Assembly (NCBI GenBank): GCA_010909165.1
Contig: MU008152.1
Coordinates: 434,001 to 498,000 of the forward strand
Length of the DNA stretch: 64,000 nucleotides
Reading direction: 5' to 3'
Source: Anthoceros angustus
Taxonomy: Eukaryota > Plantae > Anthocerotophyta
The position numbers were made by a program, and so were the translations under genes. Positions 61,046 to 64,000 of this stretch are shown here, piece after piece (the stretch's first letter is position 1; every line of letters starts with the position of its first letter). The notes under the pieces are model-generated. The model was not told where the DNA came from. It ran no database searches and was given only the letters and a program-made list of their open reading frames with translations.

Positions 61046-64000
61046 TGTTAGTTAGGGCACGTTTCGCATTTCATCGTGTAAGTCATATTGAACCGACACG
61101 TCATTTCCTCAGAGTCATGTCGTTTCATAATGTACCAGAATAAAACTCTCTCCCCCTTGTAACATAAACGCTTAATCAGAATCTCTCTCCTCAAAATCGC
61201 GTTATGGTATCAGAGCAGTAGATCAAGCATCTGAAGAATGCTCTTCCATCCCAACATGGGATCTATGTCCCAAACTAAGAAGATCAGACTCTAAGCAAAA
61301 TTGCAAGCAATGGATCCTAAGCAAATCCAACTGCAATGCTGCAAATGTTTCACTTGTGTGGACAAAGCACACCCTTGTAGAACATCTCAAAGACCTACAA
61401 GAAAAATGAGATATCTTGATCAATTATCAGATGTAGCACCCTGTAATCTAAACTACAGAGAGGCTAGCTATGAACAGCGTCTCACCTTCTTAGAACATAA
61501 AATTAGCAGACTTAACAATCATTATAGGCCTACAGTAGAGTCCAGACTTGCAGCTTTAGAAAATAGAATCATGTTGATTACACTCTACCTGGATCATGTA
61601 GCAGAATCTTCCTCCTCAAGCAACGCACCTAGACGACGCTAAACCTCGTCCAGGGCAATTAGATAGGAACATTCACTACAGTTGATACATAGAGCACATC
61701 CTCACAACATGGGTACCACCATTCACAACTATAATGTCGACATCAAAGATCGGGACCGTTTCAATGGTTCTGACTATGATACATGGGTGGTACGCATTAC
61801 CTCCATACTTGATGAGGCCGACCTCATGGGGATAGTGGATGGTACAGAATCCGAAGTCGTTCTCAATGCTGCAGGCACAAATCAGGCCGACGTGGATCAA
61901 TGGAAGAAAAAGGACAAGAAAGCAAGGAAGCTTATACTCGCATGACTTGAGCGACAAATGTTACATCAAGTCGATGGAACAACAACCTCAGCCCAAGCTT
62001 GGTCACAGCTTGCAAACCTGTACCAAGCGGAAGATCTTGGCACCATGGTGGTAGCAGTGAGAAATTTGTTCTCACTAAGAATGAAGGACACAGATATGGC
62101 CCAGCACCATATATCTACCTTCAGGACAGCCCATGCCAAACTTGCTAGCTCCGGCTGGCAACTCGATGAGGTGAAGGCAACAGCTGTGTTTTTATACACC
62201 TTGCCATCTAGCCACCATGACTTTATTACATCACAGAACCCTAGAATTCGGGACGCTCAAAAAGCCTTCAAGAAAGGCGGACAAGCCCAGAAAGATGCCG
62301 AGGGCATACTCACTGAAGTTCTCTCGGCCTTCATACAAGACAATCTTACCAGACAAACTTCCTCAAGCTCCAAACCTGGCCGCATCCTGTATGTGGGTCC
62401 TGGTCGTGGCCGAGGCCGGCCCAATAGACCACAACAAAGATCAGAAAGATACGATCGCTCATCAAGTAGACCACCCCAAACAAGACAAGGCCCAAACCAA
62501 AGGAAGAAAGGCAGTTGTAATTGGTGTGGAATCCCGGGACACTGGGAGAATGAATGCAGGAAGAAGGCTGCAGGAATACCTCAAAGAGCACTACTTGCAG
62601 CTAATGTCACCTCGACAAACAATACGTATACACGAAGATCTCCAGTGTCATCATCACCTGGAATTATGGCAGTCTACATTACCAGAAATCCAGTTGACCA
62701 TACTGGATGGTATCTTGACTCTTGTGCATCAGTGCACATCTGCCACACAAGATCATTCTTTACCACTTATTATCCAGCTCCTCCTAATAAATTCGTGTTG
62801 TTAGGAGATGATTCAGGACTTCGAGTGGAAGGCAGAGGGGAAGTACCACTTACCCTCACTGACCAAACCCAACTCCACCTGGTAAATGTCCTTCACGTAC
62901 CTACAATGGTGAAGAACCTGATATCAGTTTCATGGCTAATGAAGATGCGTCAATTTACTTTGACCTTTAATGACACCTGTTGTACACTAACAAAGATTAG
63001 GCATTTACAAGCCTCAAGTACAGGCTACCCTGTACAGGATATATACAAACTGGATGCCACATCCAGCAAGTACAAACAGTCACATGATGCTGCAATGGCC
63101 GTGACCCAAAACCAATCAAATAAGTCGAAGGAATCACTGAAATGGCACCTTCGCCTTGGTCACCTAAGCAACGAACGAAAACGACAGGTTACAACAGCTA
63201 GTCTATACATGGATGGAATCGAGAAGTTACCAGAACCTCCGTTTTGTGAGACATGTATCCTGGCCAACAAACGACAAGATATGTTTCCCACTCATCAGCC
63301 AGACCAGAATAACACATTACTAAAACTTGTTCATACGGATCTATGTGGCCCTATGGCCACACCCTCATTCGGGGGTGCAAGATACTTTTTGACATTTACG
63401 GACGATTTTTCCAGAATGTGCTTTACTTACCCATTGACTCTAAAAAGTCACACTTTTGAAACTTTCCAAACCTGGTTGGCACTTGTGGAGACACAGACAG
63501 AGTGTAGACTTCGTTGTCTACGTTCAGACAACGGCGGGGAATTTGTCTCCGAACAATTTGATTGCTTCTGTCAAGACAGGGGAATCGTTCGTCAACTCAT
63601 TGTAGCATATACAGCCCAGCAAAACGGGGTTGCAGAGAGGCTAAACCAAACCCTACAGAGGATGGCAAGAGCAATGATGAAACATGCGGGCTTGAGCAAA
63701 TGGGCCGAGGCCGCCCAATAGACCACATACCGCAATGTGCTTCCCTCTCGTTCCATTCACGTCTCAACACCTTATGAGTTATGGACAGGCTCTAAGCCAT
63801 CGATTCTGCATCTCCGTATATTTGGTTGCACAGCCTACAGCTTCATTCCTGAACCCGGGAAATTTGACGACAGGGCAGAAAGATTAATTTTCATAGGCTA
63901 CGGTGATGGGATCAAAGGGTATAAGCTATTCAACCCACAAACGAGAGCTGTTACCTTCGCAAGGAGCGTTACCTTCCACGAGGATCCTCTGCTTATACCA
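61046..64000 (+). mobile_element. Ty1/Copia element (5' LTR 61046-about 61204, PBS 61205-61216, extra ORF, gag-PR-INT), continues beyond the window
   Basis: TGTTAG start; TGGTATCAGAGC PBS; gag from about 61709; CNWCGIPGHWENEC; WYLDSCASVHIC; WHLRLGH; HTDLCGP; LRSDNGGEF; QQNGVAER. In-frame stops at 61943 and 63719. Confidence 0.93.
61301..61642 (+). CDS. Extra ORF (113 aa) between PBS and gag: Cys/His cluster plus two coiled-coil repeats
   Basis: CCKCFTC..AHPC, then YEQRLTFLEHKISRL and VESRLAALENRIML. The frame is uninterrupted. Confidence 0.55.
   Translation: MQAMDPKQIQLQCCKCFTCVDKAHPCRTSQRPTRKMRYLDQLSDVAPCNLNYREASYEQRLTFLEHKISRLNNHYRPTVESRLAALENRIMLITLYLDHVAESSSSSNAPRRR

Noticed and set aside
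61205-61216. TGGTATCAGAGC sites (also 23613 and 27873) as tRNA genes
   Set aside because: They are 12-nt primer-binding sites complementary to the tRNA-iMet 3' end, with no cloverleaf.
61943-61945. Programmed UGA read-through in Copia gag
   Set aside because: The paralogous gag at 29 kb has Ser here (LIASLD), so TCA to TGA mutation is simpler, and a second stop lies in INT.

Overview
Eukaryotic DNA from a land plant, most likely a non-seed plant (hornwort, lycophyte, liverwort or fern) that retains arbuscular-mycorrhizal (AM) genes. This is inferred from an STR-clade ABCG gene, short introns, PLS-type PPR relics and CRE-like LINEs. Layout: (1) 1-14.7 kb: two to three damaged GH9 endoglucanase copies in an inverted/tandem duplication. 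Between them is a divergent pair of tiny two-exon genes, missed by the ORF track, encoding 32- and 35-aa peptides with a shared GDPDCSKCxDDANKCDCK tail. (2) 14.9-18.1 kb: a deleted hAT element with a hairpin-type scar at its right end, and an intronless GC-rich gene from a bacterial/fungal-type family of unknown function (HGT candidate). (3) 18.7-46.3 kb: a nested retroelement cluster (Copia pieces, a gag-protease-only LTR element with TSD, CRE-like LINEs, Gypsy-like gag with an antisense accessory ORF carrying 9-aa repeats), one N gap, and noisy duplicated copies that are probably assembly artefacts. (4) 46.4-56.3 kb: STR-like ABCG transporter, a START/SRPBCC-like gene only about 400 bp upstream, and a GIL1/IRKI-like gene. 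(5) 58-64 kb: Copia and PPR relics, and a secreted-protein gene interrupted by a Copia that carries an extra Cys-rich/coiled-coil 5' ORF. No rRNA, tRNA or CRISPR was seen. Family assignments come from recalled motifs, not database searches.
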